NCBI GenBank assembly: GCA_963837955.1
Contig: CAWIPH010000002.1
Coordinates: 4,480,001-4,544,000, forward strand
Reading direction: 5' to 3'
Length of the DNA stretch: 64,000 nucleotides
DNA from: an uncultured Verrucomicrobiae bacterium
GTDB taxonomy: Bacteria > Verrucomicrobiota > Verrucomicrobiia > Chthoniobacterales > JAFAMB01
The translations under genes were made by a program, and so were the position numbers. Under the pieces are notes generated by a model that was not told where the DNA came from, ran no database searches, and was given only the letters and a program-made list of their open reading frames with translations. Positions 1-11,349 of this stretch are shown here, in pieces. The first letter of the stretch is position 1; the number at the start of each line of letters is the position of its first letter.

Positions 1-67
1 ACCAATCACGAATCACCAATCACCTCTCACTGCCTCCCCTTTGCGTCTTTGCGTCTTTGCGTGAGAT

Positions 68-1402
68 TCATTTTTCATGCGCTTCGCACGAACCACAGGC
101 GGAGACTAACAATTGCTTGGCAAGCTCCAACAGCGATTGGGCCGGCGTGTAGCTAGCGTGGAGCAGGCAGAGTCTTCCATTGGTCGTCGTCACGCCAATC
201 GTCTGGGCGCCTTCGAAGCCAGCGAAAACTATCGGACCCCATATCGCCTCCAACCTTAGTTCGCCGAAGCCGGTGTCGTAGCGGAGGTTGCCGAGATTGG
301 TTAGACAAATTTCATAAGCGAATTTGTGCGCCATGATCTGCGTCGCTGTCTGCACATCGAGTCCATTCGACACAACCTGGTACAAGGAGTTGGTGAATGC
401 GACAGCACCGTCCAAGGTTCGCGCTGGAGCCAAGCTAGTCGTTATGTGACGTGCAACATCCCAAAAAGCAGCCAAGTCTTGCGGATCGGTTGAGACAATT
501 TTAGAAGCAGCTAATAGCGCGCAGTCCTCACCCAGGCCCAGCAATTTTCTCATGTCTATGGGTGACCAAATCCGAATTGGATCTTTGTTCGATCTACCGC
601 GGATTTGCCTAAAGGCCAGTGCTACGGCCGAGCAGAGCGCTCCATGCACAGTGGTTCCTTCTTCTCGCGCTTTTTCCCGAAGCGTGCTGGTTAATTCAGG
701 CGCTAACTGCAATCCCTTAACCCATGGCAACGAACCATCGTCCTTCCGATAGATTGCCGGTTTTCCGGGCGGCATCAAATTGGACTCTTGACTGGGCGCC
801 GCCTGGTTGACTAGGCGCGCGGTGATACCAAGTATTTCTTCCGACGTCGGGACGACGGGCAGCGAATCGAGTCGCATACCAACCATTGCTTGCAGCGTGT
901 CGCGGATGACAAACGAGAGGGAGAGTCCATCCGCAATGGAGTGGTGTGCGGCCAAAATGTAGACCACTCGCTCCGCCTCATGGAGCAATACCGCTCGTAT
1001 TAGCGGCGCTTGTCGCGCATTGAAGGGCAGAGATAATTCTCGGCTGATTTCCGACTCCCACCCCAGGGTTGCATTGTCTCCTTCAATTACCCGAAGCGGA
1101 ATCGGTGCGCCGCTTACCTGACGAAAATGTGGATTGGGATCAGTCTCTATGCAGACGGACAAAAAAGGATGGCGCCGTTGGACCAAGTCGAGAGCGTTCC
1201 GCCAATTTTCGATCCGGGTATGTCCTTCAATCTGAGCGGCTAAAACAAAATGTCTCGGACTATTTTGATCGAGAAGCCATAACAATTGCTCGACCGCTCC
1301 GAGAGGACGAACGACAGCCGATGGAGAATCCTTGACTTCGGTGCGTGACACCTCGCGAGAGGCAAGCGCGGCGGCTAGTAATTCTTGCTCGGTAAACTTC
1401 AT
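68..1402 (-). CDS. Condensation-domain / PapA5-like acyltransferase
   Basis: HHxxxDG catalytic motif (AHHSIADG); stand-alone condensation-type protein of 444 aa. Confidence 0.75.
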   Translation of the reverse strand: MKFTEQELLAAALASREVSRTEVKDSPSAVVRPLGAVEQLLWLLDQNSPRHFVLAAQIEGHTRIENWRNALDLVQRRHPFLSVCIETDPNPHFRQVSGAPIPLRVIEGDNATLGWESEISRELSLPFNARQAPLIRAVLLHEAERVVYILAAHHSIADGLSLSFVIRDTLQAMVGMRLDSLPVVPTSEEILGITARLVNQAAPSQESNLMPPGKPAIYRKDDGSLPWVKGLQLAPELTSTLREKAREEGTTVHGALCSAVALAFRQIRGRSNKDPIRIWSPIDMRKLLGLGEDCALLAASKIVSTDPQDLAAFWDVARHITTSLAPARTLDGAVAFTNSLYQVVSNGLDVQTATQIMAHKFAYEICLTNLGNLRYDTGFGELRLEAIWGPIVFAGFEGAQTIGVTTTNGRLCLLHASYTPAQSLLELAKQLLVSACGSCEAHEK

Positions 1403-1633
1403 GTTTAGAGCAATAGAACCAGGATCCGGCGATCAAGTCGCCTTTTGTCCCAATTGCCGTAGTTACTGTCCCGATTCCCGGTGGGCGCAATTACAGGGGC
1501 AAGGCGCAGTGCTGCCGGCCTGTCCAACGACGTGTTCTCCGAAGCTTACTGAAGGAGAAACTTGCCGGAGTTTCAGGCGGCCAAGCGATGTCGGAGAAGG
1601 CCGAGATTGCTCCCGCGGCCGCGCACGTGGGTC

Positions 1634-1840
1634 AGTCCCGCAAAGGGGGAATAGGACTCAGCCCGGGGTTTTAACCCCGGGAAACGTGTTCCTAAATGTC
1701 GCGCCCTGAAAGTGGCGCTAGAACAGGTGTGGATTCACGCCGCGACATTGAATCCTAATGCCCCTACAGGGCATATCGTTAATATGTCTAATCCCGGGGT
1801 TAAAACCCCGGGCTGAGTCCTATTCCGCCTTCGGGGGACT
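1634..1840. repeat. REP-doublet/MITE-like element with about 49-bp terminal inverted repeats
   Basis: 1634-1682 (…GGAATAGGACTCAGCCCGGGGTTTTAACCCCGGGA) is the reverse complement of 1792-1840 with few mismatches. Confidence 0.8.
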
Positions 1841-1909
1841 GATCAAGAGCTTCCTTATGTTGTCCCGCAGCTGTCAAAATAAGAGGAAGGATATGCGCCG
1901 AAAGGATTG

Positions 1910-2152
1910 GTCCCGCAGGGATTCAATGAAGCCCAGTACGAAGTGCTGGGAAATAATGCAAAAAGAGCCGTTCGTCCCGCAAGAGACGATAGAAGTGCTT
2001 TGGCTCCTGATCCTCCCATATGCGGCTTCACACCAAGGTAAGGAGCCCTCGATGCCGTCCCGTCTGAATGGGGACAGGCTGGGACGGCTCGTTTTTTTTA
2101 ACGTTACCCCAGCACTTCGTGCTGGGCTATTTTCGTTGAGTCCCTCCGGGAC
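1910..2152. repeat. Second REP-doublet-like inverted-repeat element
   Basis: GTCCCGCAGGGA…AGCCCAGTACGAAGTGCTGGG at the left end mirrors CCCAGCACTTCGTGCTGGGCT…TCCCTCCGGGAC at the right end. Confidence 0.65.
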
Positions 2153-2354
2153 GACTACTATTGGCGCACATCCTTCGTTACGTTGACGCGCATGCGTGGG
2201 TCGCGGGCACGCGAACGAATTTCCTGAGGCGAAGCATCAGGCTACGACTTATTAGCCGGCAATTGCGCGATTGCGGATTTATATTCCGCAATCGCAATTG
2301 GCTGTTTCAGTTTTCCACTAATCAGCGTTCGCTATTTTCGCAGCTGATTACTGG

Positions 2355-2561
2355 TTATTCGAACGCTTCGCGAACGGGTCTCGTCCGATGATAGATCGTT
2401 CTGCCAGCTGTTCTCGCCACGTTCGATATGGTATCACCTGTATCCACAGCCGCATCCCTTACGTGTCTCGCTGTCCAGTGGAGCGGCCCCTCTGCGTCGG
2501 CTCTTGACACCACATACGGCGACAGAAGCACGACGGCTAGTATTACATACATCTTCTTCAT
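2355..2561 (-). CDS. Small secreted hypothetical protein
   Basis: MKKMYVILAVVLL…A signal-peptide-like N-terminus; 68 aa. Confidence 0.5.
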   Translation of the reverse strand: MKKMYVILAVVLLSPYVVSRADAEGPLHWTARHVRDAAVDTGDTISNVARTAGRTIYHRTRPVREAFE

Positions 2562-2893
2562 ACTTGTTTAAAATATATATAGGTTTGACGTGCTTGCGAC
2601 CGAAGTTATTCGCTGTCTCGTGTTACCGAAACGCGCACGGCCGAAACTCGAGTTGTAAAGAATAGCGAGCGTTAATAGGCGGAGAAAAGGAAACGCTCAA
2701 TTGCGGAATGCATGATCCGTTCCCGGCGATCACGGCGTTCCCGGCGTTTCCGAGAGAGGGACACGTCTTAGCAAGCAACTCGGCCTGAAGACTTTTGATA
2801 TTATCGCGAGCCTCGGGTCGATTCCCAACAGCTTGAAAAAAAAGGCGCCGCATTCCGCGGTCACTCCCGCCTCCATTTGTCATCTGTCATTTG

Positions 2894-3172
2894 TCATGCG
2901 CTTCGCTGTCGCCTTTGGACGAAATCAATGTCCATCCAACTCGTGTTCGCTTCGCCCAACGTATTCAGCTGTTGTCCAGTGAGAGAGAACGACACTTCGA
3001 ATCCGTCGGCAGCGGTCAGCGTCACTATAAACGTCTTCGGATCGGACGCCCGTTCCACGCAAACCATATCAGCCGGATAGGCTAGGAGTTCCTTTTCCAC
3101 AATTTCTTTCGTGTGCACCGGCAGAGTTGAACGGGCAACTCCGGGCGACCACTCTTGCTGTTGATACTTCAT
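2894..3172 (-). CDS. Hypothetical protein
   Basis: 92 aa non-repetitive ORF with ATG start; stop codon supplied by the GCGAAGCGCATGA repeat anchor. Confidence 0.45.
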   Translation of the reverse strand: MKYQQQEWSPGVARSTLPVHTKEIVEKELLAYPADMVCVERASDPKTFIVTLTAADGFEVSFSLTGQQLNTLGEANTSWMDIDFVQRRQRSA

Positions 3173-3608
3173 TCTTTGTCAGTTCCTCGTATGGGGTTTG
3201 TTAACTTTCTAATGGTGACCGAAGTCGTTCTCGCATCGCCACCAAAGTTCGGAGCACTCAACACCTGGAATCGAAGAAGGGGCCGATTCTTGACCCAACT
3301 GGCGTATTCGTTGTTCTAGCGGTAGCCAGACAGCCCTCGGCCAGGGGAGATGACAAATGACAAATGACAAATGACAAATGACAAATGACAAATGACAGAT
3401 GACAAATACGCCAACGGCGTAACAGGACTCAGCCCAGGGTGGAGGCTTTGCGGAACCCTGGGTTAGGTCCCAATAACGCGTGTCGCTCTGACGGAGCGTA
3501 AGAAGCCGCTCCGCCCGAGAAGCGACGAGATCGCAGAAAAGATGCTCACACGGGATCGGTAAAGAATTTGTCATCTGTCATTCGCGTCGAAGCTAACAAT
3601 GGGAGTGA

Positions 3609-3653
3609 TTGACTCTGCAAATGAGCTGGGTAATACTCTTACTAGTAAGAGTA
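3609..3653 (+). promoter_or_regulatory. Probable vapBC promoter with palindromic operator
   Basis: TTGACT-N17-AATACT overlapping a perfect 20-bp palindrome TACTCTTACTAGTAAGAGTA (3634-3653) just upstream of the antitoxin start. Confidence 0.65.
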
Positions 3654-3663
3654 AGAACAATAC

Positions 3664-3900
3664 ATGAAAATAACGTCTAAAGGTCAGGTGACCATCCCCC
3701 AAACCTTGCGGGAGCGGTTCGGGCTTTTGCCAAATACCGAGGTTGAGTTCGTCCCGACTGCAAATGGTAAGGAGTTGCGCCTGGTGAAATCCTCGAAGCC
3801 ATCGAACCGTGGTCGAGCGCTCGTCGAACGCCTGCGCAGACGAGGTACGGGCAAACGCTCCACGGACGAGCTGCTTAAACTGATGAGAAGCGAGTCGTAA
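3664..3900 (+). CDS. vapB: AbrB/MazE/SpoVT-family antitoxin (VapB-type)
   Basis: MKITSKGQVTIP swapped-hairpin signature; directly upstream of a PIN toxin. Confidence 0.85.
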   Translation: MKITSKGQVTIPQTLRERFGLLPNTEVEFVPTANGKELRLVKSSKPSNRGRALVERLRRRGTGKRSTDELLKLMRSES

Positions 3901-3906
3901 GGCTCT

Positions 3907-4338
3907 ATGAAGATCCTGGTCGACAGTAGCGTTCTTCTGGATGTCCTGACCCAGGATCCGCACTGGGCAGCGTGGTCCGAAGAGAAACTCGCGGCGCATG
4001 CTGAACGCGATCTACTGGCGATTAATCCCATCATTTACGCAGAGGTCTCCGCACACTTCAGCAGCATAGAAGAACTCGACCAGGCGCTTTCTCCCGAGGA
4101 TTTTGAGCGTTTGCCGTTGCCCTATGAAGCCGGATTCCTAGCCGCCAGGTGTTTCCTGCTGTATCGCCGCCGAGGAGGCCAAAAGCACGCGCCGTTGCCA
4201 GATTTTTACATCGGTGCCCATGCTGCTACCGATGGGCTAACGCTCCTGACTCGTGATGTATCCCGGTACCGCACATATTTCCCCTCCATCCAGCTAATCG
4301 CCCCAGAAGGGCGAAGTGGCGAAGCGCATGGCAGATAG
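3907..4338 (+). CDS. vapC: PIN-domain toxin VapC
   Basis: ILVDSSV, YAE, PLPDFYIGAHA and LLTRD motifs. Confidence 0.9.
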   Translation: MKILVDSSVLLDVLTQDPHWAAWSEEKLAAHAERDLLAINPIIYAEVSAHFSSIEELDQALSPEDFERLPLPYEAGFLAARCFLLYRRRGGQKHAPLPDFYIGAHAATDGLTLLTRDVSRYRTYFPSIQLIAPEGRSGEAHGR

Positions 4339-4586
4339 TCAGAGCTAATGACAAATGAAATCAGATGACAAATACGCCAACGGCGTAACAGGACTCAGCC
4401 CAGGGTGGAGGCTTTGCGGAACCCTGGGTTAGATCCCAATAGCGTGTCGCTCTGAAAGAGCGTAAGAAACCGCTCCGCCCGCGAAACGACGAAATCGCAA
4501 AAAACACGCTCAGACGGAATCGGTAAAGAATTTGTCATTTGTCATCTGTCATTTGTCATTATCTGCTATTTGCTATCTGCTATCTG

Positions 4587-5069
4587 CTATGCGCTTCGCC
4601 TAACCTGGTATTCGTGCCAAATCAGGACCATCACAAAGAGGTCGAACACCGTAAGCGCCAGCAGCCCGGCTCCGTGCGTGTAAGAGAAGCGGTAAAGCTG
4701 ATAGACAATAAAGAGTCCCAATACAATCAGGGATGCCGGATATGCCCAGAGTTTGTTCCTGAGCAGACCGACGACAAGCAGCAGCTTCACCATGCCGTGG
4801 CTTATCAGATAAAAGGCATAGAAATTTTTCGTCTCAACTGAGAAATTCTGCGCAGCGGCGAGCAAATGTGTCGCGATGAAATCCTTCGGATTTTCGATCA
4901 ACTCCTCTTGGGTTAGCATATTGACGAGGTTTTTGATCGAGCTTGTGCTGACCAAAGCAAAGGCTACGCCAGCGAGGCATTCAATCAGCGCGGAGGCACC
5001 TTTTAGCAGGACACTTACCTGAAAAATCTGATGAATTCGTTTTTCATTCATGCCTATGTCAGGATCCAT
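4587..5069 (-). CDS. DUF2127-like membrane protein
   Basis: Four hydrophobic segments; LLKG..ALIE and YLISHG.VK motifs; true start may be the second Met (MNEKR). Confidence 0.75.
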   Translation of the reverse strand: MDPDIGMNEKRIHQIFQVSVLLKGASALIECLAGVAFALVSTSSIKNLVNMLTQEELIENPKDFIATHLLAAAQNFSVETKNFYAFYLISHGMVKLLLVVGLLRNKLWAYPASLIVLGLFIVYQLYRFSYTHGAGLLALTVFDLFVMVLIWHEYQVRRSA

Positions 5070-5517
5070 GTCACCACCTTGATAGGGGCGAAGCGCATGA
5101 CAAATAGCAAATAGCAGATAGCAAATGAAGGCCTGACGGACCTGTTGAAATAACCGGATGGGACATGGGCTGTTACTCCTTCAGCGCAGAACCCCAAAAG
5201 CATCGAGGACAGCTTGCCCGCCATAGTCCCGTCCTTTGACCGAATACAAGATAACAGGCTTCAGTGCGACGGCGGCGGGAGCACGACGACGAGGACGAGA
5301 ACGATTCCAAAATTTCGGAATTCAGGCTCAATGGATCATATTTGCTATCTGCTATTTGCTATTTGTCATGCGCTTCGCCTAGGGCTTTGCGGAACCCTGG
5401 GTTAGATTGCTCCGCCCACGAAACGACGAGATCGCAGGGAACACGCCCGCTCATCAATTTGTCATCTGTCATTTGTCATTTGTCATCTGTTCCGCCCAGC
5501 CGCTATGCTCCAACTCA

Positions 5518-7258
5518 TCATTCCGCCTTACCGATCCCACCTTCCTGGTAGGCCTTCTGTAAAACGTAAAAAGCTTTCTTCTTTTCACCCTGATCGGAGA
5601 TGAGTCCCTTTCGATTGAAATAGTCCTGAATCCCAGGCAACGGCCGGCGCGGTGAACGGAAATCCATCAAGATCCAAGGACTCATACCTCGCAATTGGCG
5701 AATACCGTTGAGCATACGCAGTTGGTGCCGGTAGATATTGGCTTGATACTCTTCGGTCCAGCGCGTATCGGCATCGCCGTGGAGACCATATTTCGCCTCT
5801 CCACCGAATTCGCTGACAATCAGCGGCTTATCGTAAGCGATCTTCCAGACGGTTTTGTCGGCGTCCTCCGGTTTGTGCTCATACCATCCGATGTACTCAT
5901 TAAATCCAATGACATCGAGCGCTTCGCCAAGGGGGTCGTCGATGATCTTCGTCATACCGTCCGTGCGCACCAAAAGCGCGGCTGCCACCAGACGCGTGGG
6001 ATCTTGCTCGCGGGTTTTTGCGGCCAACGTTTTCAGAAATTGAATGCGGGCGGGAGTGACCGGCGTTTCGTTGGCCACTGACCATAACACGACGGATGCT
6101 TTGTTCCGGTCGCGTCGTATCATCTCATGCAACTGTTGTTCGGCCTTGGCCAGCACGGCGGGATTGTCGAATCCAACAGCCCAATAGACCGGAATTTCCG
6201 ACCAGACCAAGATTCCCAATCGATCGGCCAAGCGCGTCATGCGCTGATCGTGCGGATAGTGCGCGAGGCGGACAAAATTTGCACCCAACTCCCGTACCCA
6301 GCGAAGTAACGTGTTCGCATCCTCATCGCTGTAGGCACGTCCGGTACGATACGGCGCCTCGGCATGAATGCAGATACCACGCAGAAAAATGGGTGAGCCA
6401 TTGAGAAGAATCTCGGTGCCACGGACTTCGACCGTTCTGAAACCCATCTCATCTTCAAGCTCGTCCTGACCGGCTCGGATATGTATCCGATAGAGTCGGG
6501 GATGTTCTGGCGACCAGAGCTCTAGGTTGCTGGCCTGGAACTGGAATCTCGCCCGCCCATCTGTTCCCAAGCTGGCCGTTTCATTCACATTCAGTTCGGG
6601 AATACTGACGGTTACATGGGTTCCATTGGCTGCTCCTTCGAGGTGTACCCATCCCTCGATAGCGGTCTTGCTGCCCCGCTGCAGATGCAGATCGAAATCA
6701 TCAATGAATTCCTCCGGCACTTCGACCAGCAAAACGTCTCGGGTGATGCCTCCGTAGTTCCACCAATCCGTCTGCAGCGTAGGGATACCGTCGGCTAAGC
6801 GAGTGTTGTCGACTGCGATCACCACAAAATTCGAACCATCTTTGAGGGCGCTGGTTACCTCGGAGTCGAACGGAGTAAATCCACCCTCGTGTTCGCAGAT
6901 CTTCTTTCCATTCACCCAGACGTATGACCGGTAGTTGGCCGCACCAACGTGCAAGAACACTCGCTTCCCCGGTTTGCGTACATAGGAAAAATCCTTTTCG
7001 TACCACATCGATACCTTCGTAGAAGAACAGTGATTCACGCTGAGTGTTCCAATCGCCGGGCACATGGAGAGTCGGTGACTTTTGAAAGTCATACTCCACC
7101 GGCTCGCCACCCGGCTCTTGTTTTCCGTTCAGGAAATATCCGTCGGTCCGCGGTTTGCCGTGGAAGTTGTAAAGACCGGTCGCATACGGGTCTACGATCG
7201 TATGCCAATCACCGTTCAAGCTGATTGTTTGGCGATGGTCGATGTTCACTAAAACCAT
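5518..7258 (-). CDS. GH2 beta-glucuronidase, split by one frameshift near 7010; 5' end abuts a repeat
   Basis: ORFs 6701..7258 and 5518..7110 join; LNGDW, HEGGFTPF, RLAHYPH, WSVANE (acid/base) and SEFG (nucleophile) motifs. Confidence 0.88.
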
Positions 7259-7840
7259 AGGAGGGTAGGGCTGAGCTCCCGCTCGGCCGGAATCATCTCA
7301 CGCAAAGACGCAGAATAATCTCACGCAAAGACGCAAAGACGCAAAGGGAGGACGTGAAAAGTGAGAGGTGATCGGTGATTGGGTGAACGGAGCGACGTGC
7401 AGTGGAAGGTCCTAAACGTCTAAAACAGTAAATAGCCGCAAAAGAACACAAAGAGCACAGAGAATTCCACCGTTCGGCTGAGCCCAAGTCTAAGGCCTTT
7501 GCTTCCTTCTGTTCAAAAAGTCTTCGGGGTCTCACGCGAAGACGACAAAGAGGGAAAGTGAGAAGGGATCGGTGATTGGTGAACGGAACACGGCGGTTGT
7601 TGCGCAGAGAATTTTGTCCAGCCCGCCTACCGTCTCCTGGATCCAAATACTAAATCCTAGCTCCTCTCGCGATTTGTCATCTGTCATCTGTCATCTGTCA
7701 TTTGTCATTTGTCATTTGTCATGCGCTTCGCCCGACACCGCTCCGTTCACCAATCACCAATCACTTCCTTCCTTTGCGTCTTGGCGTCTTTGCGTGAGAT
7801 TATTCTGCGTCTTTGCGTGAGATCATTTCCGGTTTTCCGT

Positions 7841-8629
7841 TCACTTGCTGCTCACAAGCGAATAAAGGTGGCGGCGCAAATTAGGGGAAACAACCGCCAA
7901 GATTCCAGCGAACAACAAAAGCGAAACGGTGTTCGGCTCCGGAACAGCCTCGACGATCCTGGCATTGTCGAGTCCCAAGTCCCATACATTCAGTGACGGA
8001 TAAGCGTAACCTGGCGTTCCGAGTTCCAAACCGATCGTTTCAATATTGCTCATGAGCGTCCGCCAATCCGCGTTGCTCCCAGGGGTGCCGTTTCCACGCA
8101 GTAGAACCCAACCTTTTGGAATCGTCGTGGAGTCAGCATCCAAATTGTAATCATAAGTCTTCCATCCAACTGGTAACTTGGAGATGTTGGCGCCGACATA
8201 GTATGCTTCCAACCCTTTGCTGAAGTCCCCGGTACCGAGAGTTGTCCGTAGATCGAGAGTCATATTGCGATGAGGCGCCTGCGTCCCCGCAAAAATATTG
8301 ACGTCAAAGCTCATCGCGGTCACGTCATCTGCATAGTAGTTGCCCAGGAAATGCGTATTCGTCGTGCCTATCGGCACATACCAAGTTGGAACAGAACCTG
8401 CAAATTGGCCGCGCAAATAAGCACCTGGATTTCCGCCCGATGGTTGGATCTGAAGAGGTCTCGAAGGATCGCCGGTCAGATGCCAATTTCCGTCGTCGCT
8501 CCCGTTGTCAAACGTCTCTGTAAAATCTGCCAGAGCGCTGCCGCCGACAGATAACAGGAGAAATGGCACCGCCAGGTACAGACGACCGAATATTGCAGGA
8601 AAAAGAGATCTTTTGAATGAGTTAACCAT
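7841..8629 (-). CDS. PEP-CTERM sorting-domain protein
   Basis: Signal peptide after MVNSFK; C-terminal VPEP, then a transmembrane helix and basic residues (RRH). Confidence 0.85.
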   Translation of the reverse strand: MVNSFKRSLFPAIFGRLYLAVPFLLLSVGGSALADFTETFDNGSDDGNWHLTGDPSRPLQIQPSGGNPGAYLRGQFAGSVPTWYVPIGTTNTHFLGNYYADDVTAMSFDVNIFAGTQAPHRNMTLDLRTTLGTGDFSKGLEAYYVGANISKLPVGWKTYDYNLDADSTTIPKGWVLLRGNGTPGSNADWRTLMSNIETIGLELGTPGYAYPSLNVWDLGLDNARIVEAVPEPNTVSLLLFAGILAVVSPNLRRHLYSLVSSK

Positions 8630-9145
8630 GAAATGTCCCGTTTGTAGATGAAAGGGAAAAACCTGATTAAAACGACTAGATGCAAGCAAGCAGAAAGAGA
8701 ACGATCTGGGGACTGCTGAACAAAGAGTAGATCTACTACAATTATTATAAGTTCAGATCTAATAGCCGCGATACGCGTCGAATCGTTTCGATAAGAACAC
8801 GCCAAGATGCCCGGTAGGGCTGAGCTCCCGCTCGGCCGGAATCACCTCACGCAAAGTCGCCAAGACGCAAAGACACATTTAAACTGCGCACAAGAGCTCG
8901 CGGAGACCAAGAAGACCTTTTTTAACAGGAGCTCACAGAGATAACGGAGAAAACCGGATCTCACGCCAAGGCGCAAAGACGCAAAGACGGATTTTAAACA
9001 GAAGTTAGCAAAGACGGTCGGTACTGACTACCGGTCAGAGCGCTTCCATCTGCAATCTGTCATTTGTCATCTGTCATGCGCTTCGCCCGCTATTTGCTAT
9101 CTGCTATCTGTCATGCGCTTCGCCAGTTCCCATTTCCGACCCGGA

Positions 9146-10450
9146 TTAGTCAATAGTATGCTTTTGCAAGTGGAGGGTGAAAGAGTCCCGCAGCGCCGGT
9201 AACGCGCTTGGGTTAGATTGATCGTAGGCAGCGAAAAACTCCCCTATCACCATTTTTTCGTTGATATCGACCGTTAAGCGCAGGAAACCAAATTCCTGGT
9301 CGTTGTAAGCGACAACCTTAGCCGAGTCCCCTTTTGGTAAAGCCGAACCGGTAGGGAGGACGACATCGAATGGCAGGTTTGGGAGTGTAGCCATGTCACC
9401 CGCACAGGTTTTAGAGAGCTTTTCCACCGCTGCATGCCCTCCACTGCCGGCTATCAGGTACGGGATTTGCCAACCGCTGGCGTATGTGTAGGTGATTCTC
9501 TGATAAAGATGGGCGTGAGCAGAAATAATAACGTCAGGGTATTGACCGCTTTCGTGAAAAGCTTGTTGCAGAATGTTGCTAAGCGGTTGCAAGACGCCGG
9601 CGGGCAGTGGCCGGCGCGGCGTCGGGCCCAAGTTTGGGTCGCCGCGCTCGGCGAAATTAGCCGCACCGGAATACGGAGGATAGTGTAACGCCAGGAAAAT
9701 CACTTTTCCATCGGCGACGTCCTTGATACCCTTCAAGGTTCTGACCAGCCACTGATATTGCGGGTTGTCTGTACTCATCGGGTCGTCCAACTGCCCACCA
9801 TTAATGTCATTCGTGTAGAGACCGACGATATAGGCGACTGATGTTTCGAATAACCAGTAGAGATACGGCTGAGTCATCGTCAGCCGCCGGTCTGTTTGAT
9901 TGTCCGGACTTGCCTCTCTTTTCGAGCCGCAAAAGTTCTGCAGAAAATGAAGGATTGCTGATTTCTTGCTATGGTCGGAGCTCTTGCCGTCGTGGTTACC
10001 CGAGATCGCTAAAATGCTACGATCATAGCCGGTGAACTGGGCATAGAACTGTGAGTTGTACATCGCCGTTTGGTCCTTGCCTTCCGGATCCGAGGGATCT
10101 TCGTCCTTGTAGACAACATCGCCCAGATGAAACAAAAACGACGTCCCGACAGCCCGTGAACTCCCGCCGCTTATGCGAGGATTAGAGATCTGTGCCGCCA
10201 TGGCTTTAGCCACCTGCAGCCCGGGCAAATGATCCTTGAAGTCGCCGGAACATCCCACCGCATGAAAGCTCAGGACGCCTCGTTGTTTAACGGCGCGCGA
10301 TTCGTCGGGGTCGATGTCCTTTAAGGTGAGCCGATGCGAACCACTTGGAGGATCGACCGGAATGGAAGTCCATACCCCGTGCTCGACGCATGCGGGGTAC
10401 GCCGGGTTAGCATCACCAGTCGTCGTTGGAAGGTCCGTCGCCATATTCAA
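9146..10450 (-). CDS. Calcineurin-like metallophosphoesterase
   Basis: HLGDVVY, GNHD, HYP and AHAH motifs. Confidence 0.8.
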   Translation of the reverse strand: MNMATDLPTTTGDANPAYPACVEHGVWTSIPVDPPSGSHRLTLKDIDPDESRAVKQRGVLSFHAVGCSGDFKDHLPGLQVAKAMAAQISNPRISGGSSRAVGTSFLFHLGDVVYKDEDPSDPEGKDQTAMYNSQFYAQFTGYDRSILAISGNHDGKSSDHSKKSAILHFLQNFCGSKREASPDNQTDRRLTMTQPYLYWLFETSVAYIVGLYTNDINGGQLDDPMSTDNPQYQWLVRTLKGIKDVADGKVIFLALHYPPYSGAANFAERGDPNLGPTPRRPLPAGVLQPLSNILQQAFHESGQYPDVIISAHAHLYQRITYTYASGWQIPYLIAGSGGHAAVEKLSKTCAGDMATLPNLPFDVVLPTGSALPKGDSAKVVAYNDQEFGFLRLTVDINEKMVIGEFFAAYDQSNPSALPALRDSFTLHLQKHTID

Positions 10451-10550
10451 ATGGTTCGTTACCGAGCTTTGATTAACCCGACAAGGAAAATTAGCAGTTA
10501 ATGGATAGGGTCACTAGGACTCCTAAGACCCTCCAGTCCGAGCGCACCGG

Positions 10551-11348
10551 CTACTGCGGTAGAAGTTCCGGACGGTACTCGAAATGCATCGTGTCATAGT
10601 GGTACCACTTGCCGCCCCAGATGAAGCCGTGCCGCTCAAATATCTCCACGATCTCGTGAGGAATTCGGTTCCGATATGGAATGGAACCTTCATGGCCGAG
10701 CCCACTGCCCCAACGCCAGTAGTCGGAAAAGCCTGAATTGATATCGATCGCAATCCCGAAAGAATGCGCGCTTAATTGCTTGGACCCGGCGATTTGCCGC
10801 CAATTAAATGTTCCGGCTATGTTTGTGACGTACTTCTTTTTATCCGGTGGTAGCTGATCGAATTCCTCGGAGATCGCGGTCAGCTTTTTATCTATTCCAT
10901 TGACCGTAGTGATCCGCACCCTCTCATGAGTCGACCGCGGGAGCCATGGGATGCTAGTCAAATGCGATTCGACCTCTTTCGCGTTGGCGCCGTACATCGC
11001 CATGAAGAGCATGGAACAGCGAAATCTGCCAGGGTCAAAGTTCACGGCGGGCGCTCCGTACGAGTCTGGACCAACTGGGTACGACTGGGCTAGTTCATCT
11101 TTCGGATCAGCGTCTGAAAGTAGTTGTTCATAGGTCTTGCTTCGCCCATCGTCGAAGACCAACTCACGGCCGTCGCGGAGAATTAACTTATTATCCCGGT
11201 ACCCAGCCAAAGATTCTGGATAGGCGCGCAGAAAGATCGCTGCCTTAGCGGGAAGATCGGCCGCCGGCGCTTTGATCACGATGCTCAAAAGAAAGGTGAT
11301 GGCCAAGACAGTAGCGCCGCTCCGCCTGACCGCCTGAAGCAAAGACAT
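10551..11348 (-). CDS. M15-family metallopeptidase (peptidoglycan peptidase)
   Basis: SAHSFGIAID and WGGKWYHYDTMHFEY motifs; signal peptide. Confidence 0.88.
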   Translation of the reverse strand: MSLLQAVRRSGATVLAITFLLSIVIKAPAADLPAKAAIFLRAYPESLAGYRDNKLILRDGRELVFDDGRSKTYEQLLSDADPKDELAQSYPVGPDSYGAPAVNFDPGRFRCSMLFMAMYGANAKEVESHLTSIPWLPRSTHERVRITTVNGIDKKLTAISEEFDQLPPDKKKYVTNIAGTFNWRQIAGSKQLSAHSFGIAIDINSGFSDYWRWGSGLGHEGSIPYRNRIPHEIVEIFERHGFIWGGKWYHYDTMHFEYRPELLPQ

Positions 11349-11349
11349 G

